A stretch of 64,000 nucleotides of DNA from an uncultured Candidatus Saccharimonas sp. (GTDB lineage Bacteria; Patescibacteriota; Saccharimonadia; Saccharimonadales; Saccharimonadaceae): contig CAURNF010000002.1 in the NCBI GenBank assembly GCA_963526625.1, forward strand, positions 35,493 to 99,492, given 5' to 3'. Positions 18,826 to 28,226 of this stretch are shown here, one piece after another; within the stretch, counting starts at the first letter, position 1, and each line of letters begins with the position of its first letter. Below the pieces are notes generated by a model, which was not told where the DNA came from, made no database searches, and worked only from the letters and a program-made list of their open reading frames with translations. Made by a program: the position numbers and the translations under genes.

Positions 18826-19778
18826 CTATCGTTCACCTCAGTATTCCATAATCTGCTTAAAGACTGGATTGTAGAGCGAAGCTCTTGGAGGTAATGTTCT
18901 TTATTTGACATTCCTTGGAGCTCTCCTCCCCATTCAGCAGGAAAGCCAATCGTTTCAATTTCGACATTAAATGGAATGGCAACTGAACGTAAGGCCTCAA
19001 GATGTTGATAGGGCACATATATTTCGCTTGTTACTAATAAGATTTTAGAACCTGGTTTTATAGAGTGCCGCTCCATGAAAAATAGATACGTATCGAGCGA
19101 ATTGGCACGTCTAGCTTCGGGCTCTCTTGAAGGTGATGAAAAAATTGAAGTATTATTCTTAAAATTTATGATTTTCCACTTTTTATTTGGATTTCTTTCG
19201 TCAAGACTCGATTCTTCTGTTTGAATAATTTTTGAATTAAAGAAGAGTTTATGAGCCTCTAGAAAAAGGTCAAATTCCGTCTCGGCGCACCTAGCATAAG
19301 TATCTGTAGCCTGCCTCTCACTATCATTTAGCGGCCGAAAAGAAGCCAGCATTGCTATTTTACGTGGTTCTTGCTGTAATTTGTCGTATACCTCTTTAGC
19401 TAGCCTAGTTCGTAGCAAGCAGGACAGTTTCGCTCCGCCTAAAACCCAGATATAATCATACCGGTTTCGTGATGGAATACTATTTTCCCTTAGATTCAAA
19501 TCAAACGAAGCTTGGTCAATAGCCTTGTTCTGTTCTGAAGTGAAGTTCTCTTCGGAAATAAGCCAACGCGCATTTTCTTTATTCTCCGTCTGGTGTCTGC
19601 TTCGATAGTCCCATTTGTCACTGAATTTTAGCAAATAACTCAGGCACTCATTCAGATTTTGGCTTGGGTACTCCCCGCCAAATAACTTAACTAATTTTAC
19701 CAAAGAATCACTAAAAACAAATTCTTCAGCAAAAGACTTCAGGTTGTCTTGTTTTGAATTTGGCAATTTTATCACCAT
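18816..19778 (-). CDS. Uncharacterised protein, possibly distant DUF218/YdcF-like (HUP/Rossmann-like) fold
   Basis: SD GGAGGT then ATG 19778. Conserved-looking motifs WDYR, YDYIWVLGG, RANSLDTY, ILLVTSEIYVPYQ, YLQELRS. Confidence 0.75.
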   Translation of the reverse strand: MVIKLPNSKQDNLKSFAEEFVFSDSLVKLVKLFGGEYPSQNLNECLSYLLKFSDKWDYRSRHQTENKENARWLISEENFTSEQNKAIDQASFDLNLRENSIPSRNRYDYIWVLGGAKLSCLLRTRLAKEVYDKLQQEPRKIAMLASFRPLNDSERQATDTYARCAETEFDLFLEAHKLFFNSKIIQTEESSLDERNPNKKWKIINFKNNTSIFSSPSREPEARRANSLDTYLFFMERHSIKPGSKILLVTSEIYVPYQHLEALRSVAIPFNVEIETIGFPAEWGGELQGMSNKEHYLQELRSTIQSLSRLWNTEVNDSCS

Positions 19779-19873
19779 AATATTTACCTCCAAAATGAAT
19801 CCATCTTCAATTATAATTATATCATAATGCCACAGATAATAGCATGAAATTTTTTACCTACTATTTATATTTA

Positions 19874-20400
19874 TTAAGGTTTGAACAGGTGTATTTCATC
19901 AATTCCTGTGACAGCTAATAACACAAGGGAGTCCTTCGTTTTTTCTTTGAACGTTTCCCCCAATTCCCTAAAAAACTCATCATCTGTCTCAATCCCTAGA
20001 ATCTCAATCAGGGCTTTGGCAGTATCTGTTAAGTGGAAGGCACTGTATTCGAAAGTTATTCTTTCGTCAGATTCAGTGGTGAAAGTTAGGACTAAGTTGT
20101 CATTTTGGAAGCCAGATAGCTCACCTTTTTCTACAATTATCTCATGTCTACCACCACCAGAAATTAAACCATATTCAATCAGGCGTGAAACTTCGTTGCC
20201 TTTAACACCATATTTAGTGAACAAATCTAAAAAATCAGCATGTGAGATTAAGTAGTGGTCTAAAACAGTTTCGCCCGAAAACTCATCAAAAGAATTGTCA
20301 TAAAAAGTAAATGGTGCTATTTTTCTGAACAGTTGGAGCTCTTCCTCAAAAACATCAGCAAAATTAATTAGGAAGCTGCTACATATATTTTTTAGGCAAG
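19874..20400 (-). pseudogene. N-terminally truncated DUF2806-like protein fragment
   Basis: EEELQLFRKIAPF...LIEYGLIS...FHLTDTAKALIEIL...DEFF resembles the C-terminal half of DUF2806-type proteins. No credible start or SD; the annotated GTG lies inside a terminator. Confidence 0.45.
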
Positions 20401-20418
20401 AACTATTCAAAAATTCAA

Positions 20419-20445
20419 AAAAGACAGCCACTTTAACTGTCTTTT
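20419..20445 (-). terminator. Terminator of pilin gene; sequence-related to the 18064-18113 hairpin
   Basis: AAAAGACAG-CCACTTTAA-CTGTCTTTT. Confidence 0.65.
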
Positions 20446-20458
20446 ATTTTTCGAAAAT

Positions 20459-20926
20459 CTAAACATTTGTTGGAGGGATACCGTTAGCTCCGTTTGAGCT
20501 ACCACCGAAACCAGTTCCGGCTCCTCCTAAGAATAAGCTAATGATGAAGTTAATAATTGCATAAGAAAGCATTGCGATTATTAATCCAATGATTGCATAA
20601 AGAATTGTATTTTTTGCAGCATCAACCTTTTTCGAATCACCGTTTGATAGTATATAGCGTAAACCGCCATAAATTAACATTATAACGCTTAAAATTCCAA
20701 CTGCAAAAAGCATCATATTTACCATCTGGGTAAAAATTCCAGTGTTACCTTCGCCAAAAAGTTGAGTTGGAACACCTTCACCACGACCTTTATCGGCTCC
20801 ACCTTGAACGCCACCACTAAATATTCCACCGGTTGCAAAAGTATTTAATGCCAAGAAGGTTGCAGGAAATGTAGAAGCTACAAAACCGCTGATTGAGATT
20901 TTCGAAACTTGTTTAAAATTCTTCAT
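20459..20926 (-). CDS. VirB2/TrbC-like (T4SS-pilin family) pilin
   Basis: GGLRYILSNGDSKKVDAAKNTILYAIIGL...YAIINF core, as in the pilins at 1-1242. Confidence 0.8.
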   Translation of the reverse strand: MKNFKQVSKISISGFVASTFPATFLALNTFATGGIFSGGVQGGADKGRGEGVPTQLFGEGNTGIFTQMVNMMLFAVGILSVIMLIYGGLRYILSNGDSKKVDAAKNTILYAIIGLIIAMLSYAIINFIISLFLGGAGTGFGGSSNGANGIPPTNV

Positions 20927-21007
20927 AATGGCTATATTATAGCAAAAAAAGTGACTTTTGTCAATGCTCTTGTGTTTTTTAGCAAAATTTGATAAAATAG
21001 AAATATT

Positions 21008-21100
21008 GGAGGATTACCCAAGTGGCTGAAGGGGACGGTTTGCTAAATCGTTAGTCTGGGGAAACCTGGAGCGGGAGTTCGAATCTCCCATCCTCCGCCA
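21008..21100 (+). tRNA. tRNA-Ser(GCT)
   Basis: Anticodon arm ACGGT-TT-GCT-AA-ATCGT, long variable arm, CCA. Confidence 0.95.
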
Positions 21101-21157
21101 GAGAAGACAGTTCGCATTTGCGGACTTTTTTCTTTCGAAAAAAATGTAAATTTAATG

Positions 21158-22393
21158 TTATTGAATATTATTAATCTCATTCTCAATATCTGATTTAACT
21201 TTTTGATATTTATCCATTTCTTGGTCACTAATTAGGCCATGCGCGTGCAAGAAAGATGAGAATTCGGCTGATTTTAATAGCGAATAATATTGCATATTTT
21301 GTATTTTTTCAAAACATGTATTATTTTCTCGATTATGTCCTTTTTGAGATAGTCTTGATATGACTTTATCGATTTTTTTAGCGATATTCATATAATATTC
21401 TCGTAAGTTTTCAGTATTTTTTCTGTCTTCTGGCGACTTGAAATATCCTTTGTCTCGGATATCCTTAATAAAATCACTTACAAGCGGTTCTCGCTCAACG
21501 ATATTCATTGATAGTGATGCATATTGCGATAAATTGCCATCTAATTGGCCCCAAGTTGGGTCTACATTAGTGATGGCGGTTCCATCATGAGTAAAGGTTA
21601 TGAATTGGTTATATTTATGATTCTCAGTAGATTTAGACTTAAAGGGGTTTACAGCATCCCACGGGTGCTCCCCAACAATTTCTCGACAATAGGTGTTGGC
21701 AAGGCGAGTTGTTTCTGGAATTTGAACTTTTTTAAGTGCCATAAAAATGATTTTAGTCATATCGGCATAATTCCTACAAACACCAAGTGGCGAATCACCT
21801 TCTTTCGATAGGTGCTTCATTATTTCTAAAGTTGACATTCTGTCGGCTTTTCTATGTCTGTCAGATACTTCGGAGCTATCATAATTCTTTAATTTCATAA
21901 CTATATTTGTGCTCAAAAGCATGGCTTGTCGAGGTGATAGCTCTTTCAGATCATTAATATCTTTAATTTCTGATAAATCCATAAGGTTTTTGTCTGAAGC
22001 GCATAATTTTGCTGAAAAATTGGCAACTGCTAAAACAGAATCTCTAGAAATTGAGTTTTGGTATGTTTCTGAGGATCTGTTGTTGAATTTTTCAATCCTA
22101 TCTTCAGGATAGTCTTTTATTCTCCCTGATAAGACTGTATTTGCGGGTGAATTTTTATAAGCTTCCATGTGAGCCTCTATTATCGCCGTATCGGAACGCT
22201 CGCCAGGAGTGACCTGTGGGTTGAAATTACTCCTGTTTAAAAATACATATCTTACGCCATTGTGGAATAGTTCAATACCTGGCTTACCACCAAAGTTGCT
22301 AACCTCAATAGATTTATCATTTTCTTGAGAATTATTTTTTGGATTGTCTTCTGCTGACTGAGAAGTTGAGTTTAGATTATCAAAATTTTTCAT
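21158..22393 (-). CDS. Transglutaminase-like (Cys-His-Asp triad) domain protein
   Basis: LGVCRNYADM, ENHKYN, NVDPTWG motifs in the expected order. Confidence 0.65.
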   Translation of the reverse strand: MKNFDNLNSTSQSAEDNPKNNSQENDKSIEVSNFGGKPGIELFHNGVRYVFLNRSNFNPQVTPGERSDTAIIEAHMEAYKNSPANTVLSGRIKDYPEDRIEKFNNRSSETYQNSISRDSVLAVANFSAKLCASDKNLMDLSEIKDINDLKELSPRQAMLLSTNIVMKLKNYDSSEVSDRHRKADRMSTLEIMKHLSKEGDSPLGVCRNYADMTKIIFMALKKVQIPETTRLANTYCREIVGEHPWDAVNPFKSKSTENHKYNQFITFTHDGTAITNVDPTWGQLDGNLSQYASLSMNIVEREPLVSDFIKDIRDKGYFKSPEDRKNTENLREYYMNIAKKIDKVISRLSQKGHNRENNTCFEKIQNMQYYSLLKSAEFSSFLHAHGLISDQEMDKYQKVKSDIENEINNIQ

Positions 22394-22536
22394 TTTAATA
22401 TTTTTTGTTTTAACTATTTAATGATAAATTTATTGTACTATATAATTGTTAAAAAGTCAATATCATTGTTATGGTTTTTATAAGAATATACTCCAAAACC
22501 AAAAGAGCTCTCATTTTCGAAAGCTCTTTTAAAATT

Positions 22537-24663
22537 TTATTGCTTTACACCTTTCATCGTGAGGTTTAGCCTTCCCTTTTCGTCAATTTTATCTAGTTTA
22601 ACCCAAATTTCTTGATTTTGTTTTAAAACATCAGTCACTTTTTCGGTTCGCTTTTCAGATATTTGTGAGATGTGTAGCATTCCGTCAATCCCTGGTAGGA
22701 TATTTACGAAAGCACCAAAATCTTTAATTGAAACCACTTTTCCGCGGTAGATTTTGCCAATTTCTGGTTCTTCAACCAAAGATTTAATCCAGTTGAGGGC
22801 TTTTTCGATTTGTTCGGCATTTGGGCCGGCAATTGTAATTAAGCCATCTTCTTTAATGTCGACTTCGGCGCCAGTTTCAGAAGTAATTTTATTGATTGTT
22901 TCACCACCCTTACCAATAATCGCACCGATTTTTTCAGGATTGATTTTAATTTTTTCGATTCGAGGCGCATATGGCGAAAGCTCAGCTTTTGGTTCAGAAA
23001 TTACGCTCAACATATGGCGCAGAATATGCTCACGGCCTTTGCGAGAAGTTAAAATTGCTTTTTCAAGAACCGAAACTGGCAAGCCATGAACTTTCATGTC
23101 CATTTGTAGTGCGGTAATTCCATTTTTTGAGCCTGTACACTTGAAATCCATATCACCAGCAAAATCTTCTGCATCGGCAATATCACTTAAAATATAAGGT
23201 GTTTCGCCGTCCATCATTAAGCCCATGGCAATTCCAGAAACAGCATTTTTTATTGGCACACCAGCACTCATTAGCGCCATACAACTTGAGCAGGTTGCGG
23301 CCATTGATGTTGAACCGTTCTGGCTCATAATTTCAGTTACGCTACGGATCGCATAAGGAAAATCTTCTTCACTCGGCAAAACCGCTTCTAGCGCGCGCTG
23401 AGCTAAATATCCGTGGCCAATTTCGCGCCTACCAGGGCTACCTAATCGGCGAGGTTCGCCAACAGTGTATCCAGGAGCATTATAATGATGCATATAACGG
23501 CGTTCAATTTCATTAAATTCCATTGTATCAACCAGTTGCGAGTATGAAAGTGATGCAAGCGTTACGATATTCATTGCTTGAGTTACACCACGAGTAAATA
23601 AACTCGAACCGTGCGCGCGTGGCAAAAAGTCGATTTCGCTTGAAAGCGGGCGGATTTCATCTAGAGCTCGCCCATCTGGTCGCTCACCATCTTCCACGAT
23701 TCCCTTTCGGACAGCTTTATGAACCGCCAAAGTGAAAGCTTCATCGTAATCTTTTCGGATTTCTTCATAAGCTTCTTCGCCAAATTTTTCGAGCATTTCT
23801 GCATGGAATTTCTCACGAATTTCAGCAATATTTTGGTTGTATTTTGGATAGGCTTCACGAATTTCGGAGCTGAATTTTCCTTCCGTCCAAGCTTCAACTT
23901 CTTTCGAAATTTCTTCATCTGGCAAAATAAGCTCAAATTTTCGTTCTTCAAAATAACCTGCCTCGATGTATTTGGCGCGAAGTTCATTTTGCAGCTTGAT
24001 CGCTGGCTGGAAATTCTCAAAAGCCCAAGCGAGTCCTGCGATAATTTCTTCCTCAGGGACTTCCTTTGCACCCGCTTCAACCATAGTAATTCCGCTTTCG
24101 ATTCCAGCTACAACTAAATCAAGCGAGGAATTTTCGCGCTCCTCAGGATTTAGAAAGGCCTTAAACTCACCATTTACTTTACCGATTCGAAGTCCAGCAA
24201 CTGGTCCATCAAACGGCACGCCAGCTAGATGAAGCGCACTTGAGGCAGCAATCATTGCAATCATATCTGGGCGAAATTCTGGGTCGGCCGAAAGCACGGT
24301 TGCTACAACCTGTACTTCTTCACGATAGCCTTTTGGAAAGAGCGGTCGAATTGGTCGGTCAATCAAACGCCCAATCAAAATTGCATCGTCTGAAGGCCGC
24401 CCTTCGCGCTTAATGAATCGTGAGCCAGAAATCCGTCCGCTAGCATACCATTTTTCTTCATAATCAATTGATAACGGGAAATAATCCAAAGCTACCGGTT
24501 TTGAGCCCAGCTGAACTGTTCCCAGAACCACAGTTTCGCCATATTTTGCAATCACGCTTGCAGTTGAACGAAAGCCAACTTTGCCAACTTCTAGCGTTAA
24601 TTTTCGCCCCAAAAAATCAGTGCTAACCGAAATCACACTTTTCCCTGTTGGGTTTATAATCAT
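22537..24663 (-). CDS. pnp: Polyribonucleotide nucleotidyltransferase
   Basis: FIKREGRP, RREIGHG, NGSTSMA, DFAGDMDFK, KH and S1 domains. SD GAAGGAG before ATG 24663. Confidence 0.97.
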   Translation of the reverse strand: MIINPTGKSVISVSTDFLGRKLTLEVGKVGFRSTASVIAKYGETVVLGTVQLGSKPVALDYFPLSIDYEEKWYASGRISGSRFIKREGRPSDDAILIGRLIDRPIRPLFPKGYREEVQVVATVLSADPEFRPDMIAMIAASSALHLAGVPFDGPVAGLRIGKVNGEFKAFLNPEERENSSLDLVVAGIESGITMVEAGAKEVPEEEIIAGLAWAFENFQPAIKLQNELRAKYIEAGYFEERKFELILPDEEISKEVEAWTEGKFSSEIREAYPKYNQNIAEIREKFHAEMLEKFGEEAYEEIRKDYDEAFTLAVHKAVRKGIVEDGERPDGRALDEIRPLSSEIDFLPRAHGSSLFTRGVTQAMNIVTLASLSYSQLVDTMEFNEIERRYMHHYNAPGYTVGEPRRLGSPGRREIGHGYLAQRALEAVLPSEEDFPYAIRSVTEIMSQNGSTSMAATCSSCMALMSAGVPIKNAVSGIAMGLMMDGETPYILSDIADAEDFAGDMDFKCTGSKNGITALQMDMKVHGLPVSVLEKAILTSRKGREHILRHMLSVISEPKAELSPYAPRIEKIKINPEKIGAIIGKGGETINKITSETGAEVDIKEDGLITIAGPNAEQIEKALNWIKSLVEEPEIGKIYRGKVVSIKDFGAFVNILPGIDGMLHISQISEKRTEKVTDVLKQNQEIWVKLDKIDEKGRLNLTMKGVKQ

Positions 24664-24677
24664 ATTTTCTCCTTCTG

Positions 24678-24741
24678 CCAAATGAGTTGCAGGAATCTTC
24701 TTCGAAAAAGCTTTCGAAAATAATTTCTACCACACATTCAG
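24678..24741 (-). promoter_or_regulatory. Long imperfect stem-loop in pnp 5' leader
   Basis: Nested pairing TGAATG/CATTTG, GTAG/CTGC, AATT/GATT, TTCGAAA/TTTCGAA between a TGnTATAAT promoter and the SD. Confidence 0.5.
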
Positions 24742-24836
24742 CGTTAATTTTACTATTTCATTATAACATTTTTGAGTGAATTTAGCAAAAATAAAACCGC
24801 CAAGCATTTAAGCGTGGCGATTTTACGGTTTTGAAA

Positions 24837-25103
24837 TTATTTTCGCAAACCTAATTTAGAAACAACAGCTTTGTAGGCTTCAAAATCTTTTCGTTCAAGA
24901 TATTTTAGAAGTTTTTTACGGCGACCAACCATTTGCATCAAACCGCGTCGAGCCATGAAGTCGTGCTTGTTTGATTTAAGGTGTTCCGTCACTTCTTTGA
25001 TACGAGCCGTCAAGATTGACACTTGCGCCTGCGGCGAACCAACGTCATTCTTTGAAACCTGAGTCAAAGCGATTGCCTTCTCTTTATTCTCTTTAGTAAT
25101 CAT
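24837..25103 (-). CDS. rpsO: 30S ribosomal protein S15
   Basis: DVGSPQAQVSILTARI..HLKSNKHD..ARRGL..MVGRRKKLLKYL. Start at ATG 25103. Confidence 0.97.
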   Translation of the reverse strand: MITKENKEKAIALTQVSKNDVGSPQAQVSILTARIKEVTEHLKSNKHDFMARRGLMQMVGRRKKLLKYLERKDFEAYKAVVSKLGLRK

Positions 25104-25164
25104 CTCGAATATTTTAACAAATTTTTTTGAAGAAGTCAAGCGTTGTATAAAAATTTTTAATTAC

Positions 25165-25434
25165 TTATTTTTTATTAAAAGTTTTTCGAATAAAATTATC
25201 TCGATTTTCTTGATATTGTTTGACTTTTTCTTCACATCTATCCGAAGGATTTTTAATGCATTCTATTTGAGCCTGAGTGAGATTGTTATTATGCGTATCT
25301 TTCCAAGTTGCAAAATTAACGCCCTCATTCACTCTAAAAAGAAACAAAATAGTTATTATACTGATAATTAAGTTGATAATAATCAAAATATTAAAAATTG
25401 GTTGCCATTTAATTTTATTAATTTTTTTAGACAT
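25165..25434 (-). CDS. Small hypothetical membrane-anchored protein
   Basis: SD GAAAGG, N-terminal TM helix, C-x7-C pair. Confidence 0.55.
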   Translation of the reverse strand: MSKKINKIKWQPIFNILIIINLIISIITILFLFRVNEGVNFATWKDTHNNNLTQAQIECIKNPSDRCEEKVKQYQENRDNFIRKTFNKK

Positions 25435-25563
25435 AAAAACCTTTCTTAGACTATACTAAAAATAATAAAATTTATTATTACTAATTGTTTTATTGTCAAA
25501 AGCTTCTACTCTTTATATTAAAAATACTAAATCTGTAACCGCCATTCTCTGGCGGTGGTGCTT

Positions 25564-28122
25564 TTATAAAATTTCGAAAGCTTTTTTAACTTTTTCAAGC
25601 TCGGCTTTTTTGTTTGAAAATTCTTCACGAGTTTCTTCAACCAAATGCACTGGCGCTTTTGAAACATAATTTTCGTTCGAAAGGCGTTTTTCAAGTAAAT
25701 TAATTTCGTTCGAAATTTTATCGATTCGTTCGGCGAGATCAGTTTTATATTCAGCTAAAATATCGGTTGGCACATCGAGATAAGCGCCTAAACCGCTAGC
25801 AGCAAGGCTAAATCCGTGCGGTGCATCTGTTTGGATAATTTCTGGCACGCGCGAAAGGTGGCGAATAGTTTCAATATTTTTTGCAATTAGTTCATCTTTT
25901 TCGAAAACCAAATTATAGCGTTTTTTGCCGGGTAGCTCAGCCGTAATCAGGCGAATTTCACCAACTAAATCTTGGATTCGTTCAAATTGAAGTGCTTCGA
26001 ATTCGTTAAATTTTAAAGATTCGGCTAGTTTTTTATTCGCTAAAATTCCCTCAGTCCAAGGCAGGGTTTGCCAGATGGTTTCAGTTACAAATGGCGCGAA
26101 AGGATGCGCAATTTTAAGACAAGTTTCAAGAACCCAAGCAAGAAGTTCAGGATTATCTTGTGTTTTTGAAGCTTCAATATACCAATCGGCAACGGTGCTC
26201 CAAATTGTGTGATAAACCGTTTCTGAGGCCTCGGCAAAACGGTAATTTTGCATATGGTTTTCAATTTCAGCAATTGCCTTATCGAGTTCTCGCACAATCC
26301 AGTGGTCTACTGGCGTAAATGCCTCAGGCTGTTTTGTACTCTTAATTTCGCCAACTTTTTCAGAAATAAATCGCGAAATATTCCATAATTTATTACAGAA
26401 ATTTCGGCCAGCGATAACTTTATTTTTCGAAAATGCCTGATTCTGTCCTGCTGAACGCGAAGCGATAATTCCAAGGCGGAAAGCGTCAGAGCCATATTCA
26501 GCAATTACGTCCATTGGGTTAATCACATTTCCCTTTGATTTGCTCATTTTTTGGCCGTGTTCATCAAGAACCATTCCGTGCAAATAAACTTCGCGGAATG
26601 GAATTTGTCCTGTGCAGTAAATTCCTAGCATAATCATTCGTGAAATCCAAGGGAAAATCAAATCGTGACCAGTTTCCATTACACTGTTTGGATAGAATTT
26701 CGAAAGTTCACCGCCTTCCAGAAAATCGGTTGTAATGAACGGCCATTGACCACTTGAAAACCAAGTATCAAGCGTATCTTCATCGCGTTTGTATGTCTTG
26801 CCGTTCACTTCAATTTGCGATTCATACACGCGCTCATCAAAAATCCAATCAGTTGGATCTTCAATATTTTGAAAAGCCGGAATCGGAATTCCCCACGGAA
26901 TTTGACGTGAAATGTTCCAGTCGCGAATATTTTTCAAGTATTCCGCCAAAACATTTTTCTTATTTTCTGGTGTGAATTTAATTTCATTATTTTCGAGAAC
27001 TTCAAGAGCTTTTTTTGCTAAAGGTTTAGTTGAAATAAACCACTGCTCTTTCACGAGCGGCTGAATTGGCTCTCCAGATTTATAATCATATCCAACAACG
27101 TGAGTAATATCTTCTTCTTTAAATAATGCATTAATTTTTCGAAGATCCTCAAGAATCTTTTTACGCGCTTCTAGCACTTCTAAGCCAGCATATTTACCCG
27201 CATTTTCGGTCATTTTTCCGTCAAATCCAATTACTTGAATTTTTGGCAAGTTGTGGCGATTACCAACTTCAAAATCATTTGGATCGTGAAATGGTGTAAT
27301 TTTAACAACGCCAGTTCCAAATTGTGGGTCGGCATATTCATCAGCGATAATTTTGATTTCACGATTTATTAAAGGTATTCGAACTTTTTTACCAATCAGA
27401 TTTTCATATCTTTCATCTTCTGGATTAACCGCGAGAGCTGTATCGCCGAGCATTGTTTCAGGGCGAGTTGTTGAAACAAGCATATATTCGCTTACTCCAC
27501 CAAATTCATCAAGAACTGGATATGCAATCGTCCAGAGCTTCCCCTTCTCTTCTTTATAATCTACCTCAATATCGGCATAAGAAGTTTGATATTTTGTTGA
27601 ATAATTAACAATGCGCTCACCTCTGTAAATTAAGCCATCGTTCCACATTTTTTCGAAAGTTTTATAAACGCGATTAACTACTTTTTCATCTAATGTAAAA
27701 GTGAGGTTTTTCCAGCTTGCGCCAGCCCCTAAGGCACGCAGTTGAAGTTCCATATTTCCGCGTTGGCTTGCTACGAAATCCCAAACATTTTTATAAAGTT
27801 CATCACGAGAATAATCTAAACGGCTCTTTCCTTCAGCATTTAAAAGGCGTTCATAAACAACCCAAGTTTCGAAGCCCGCGTGGTCGGCGCCAGGCAGATA
27901 AATTGCGTCATAACCCTTCATTTTGTGATAACGCACTAAAATATCTTCAACTGCAGCCATTAGCCCGTGGCCAATATGAAGATTTCCATTTGCATTTGGC
28001 GGTGGCATTACGATTGAATATTTTGGGCCAACTCCACTGCTTTCGAAAGCATCAGATAGCTCCCATAAATTATAAATTTCAGGTTCGTAATTGTTCGGTT
28101 CGTAAGTCTTTGTAATTTTCAT
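25564..28122 (-). CDS. valS: Valine--tRNA ligase
   Basis: PPPNANGNLHIGH, DWNISRQIPWG, DTLDTWFSS, KMSKS, C-terminal coiled coil. Confidence 0.96.
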   Translation of the reverse strand: MKITKTYEPNNYEPEIYNLWELSDAFESSGVGPKYSIVMPPPNANGNLHIGHGLMAAVEDILVRYHKMKGYDAIYLPGADHAGFETWVVYERLLNAEGKSRLDYSRDELYKNVWDFVASQRGNMELQLRALGAGASWKNLTFTLDEKVVNRVYKTFEKMWNDGLIYRGERIVNYSTKYQTSYADIEVDYKEEKGKLWTIAYPVLDEFGGVSEYMLVSTTRPETMLGDTALAVNPEDERYENLIGKKVRIPLINREIKIIADEYADPQFGTGVVKITPFHDPNDFEVGNRHNLPKIQVIGFDGKMTENAGKYAGLEVLEARKKILEDLRKINALFKEEDITHVVGYDYKSGEPIQPLVKEQWFISTKPLAKKALEVLENNEIKFTPENKKNVLAEYLKNIRDWNISRQIPWGIPIPAFQNIEDPTDWIFDERVYESQIEVNGKTYKRDEDTLDTWFSSGQWPFITTDFLEGGELSKFYPNSVMETGHDLIFPWISRMIMLGIYCTGQIPFREVYLHGMVLDEHGQKMSKSKGNVINPMDVIAEYGSDAFRLGIIASRSAGQNQAFSKNKVIAGRNFCNKLWNISRFISEKVGEIKSTKQPEAFTPVDHWIVRELDKAIAEIENHMQNYRFAEASETVYHTIWSTVADWYIEASKTQDNPELLAWVLETCLKIAHPFAPFVTETIWQTLPWTEGILANKKLAESLKFNEFEALQFERIQDLVGEIRLITAELPGKKRYNLVFEKDELIAKNIETIRHLSRVPEIIQTDAPHGFSLAASGLGAYLDVPTDILAEYKTDLAERIDKISNEINLLEKRLSNENYVSKAPVHLVEETREEFSNKKAELEKVKKAFEIL

Positions 28123-28226
28123 ATTTCCCTTTAAAATCGCATTTATTCAACAACATTTCACACGAAAGTTAAACTGTGCGAAATTCTACATTTACAATTA
28201 TACCACATTCGGTGTATAATATAAAT

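Larger units (their letters stand above)
18020..20445. mobile_element. Small horizontally acquired, decaying genomic island (no integrase or transposase seen)
   Basis: Different codon usage (ATA/AGA/CTA-rich), almost no TTCGAA, two pseudogenes, and related AAAAGACAG...CTGTCTTTT hairpins near both ends. Confidence 0.55.

Noticed and set aside
28123..28200. T-box riboswitch upstream of valS
   Set aside because: The leader is only about 65 nt with one hairpin and has no TGGNACC T-box bulge or specifier stem.
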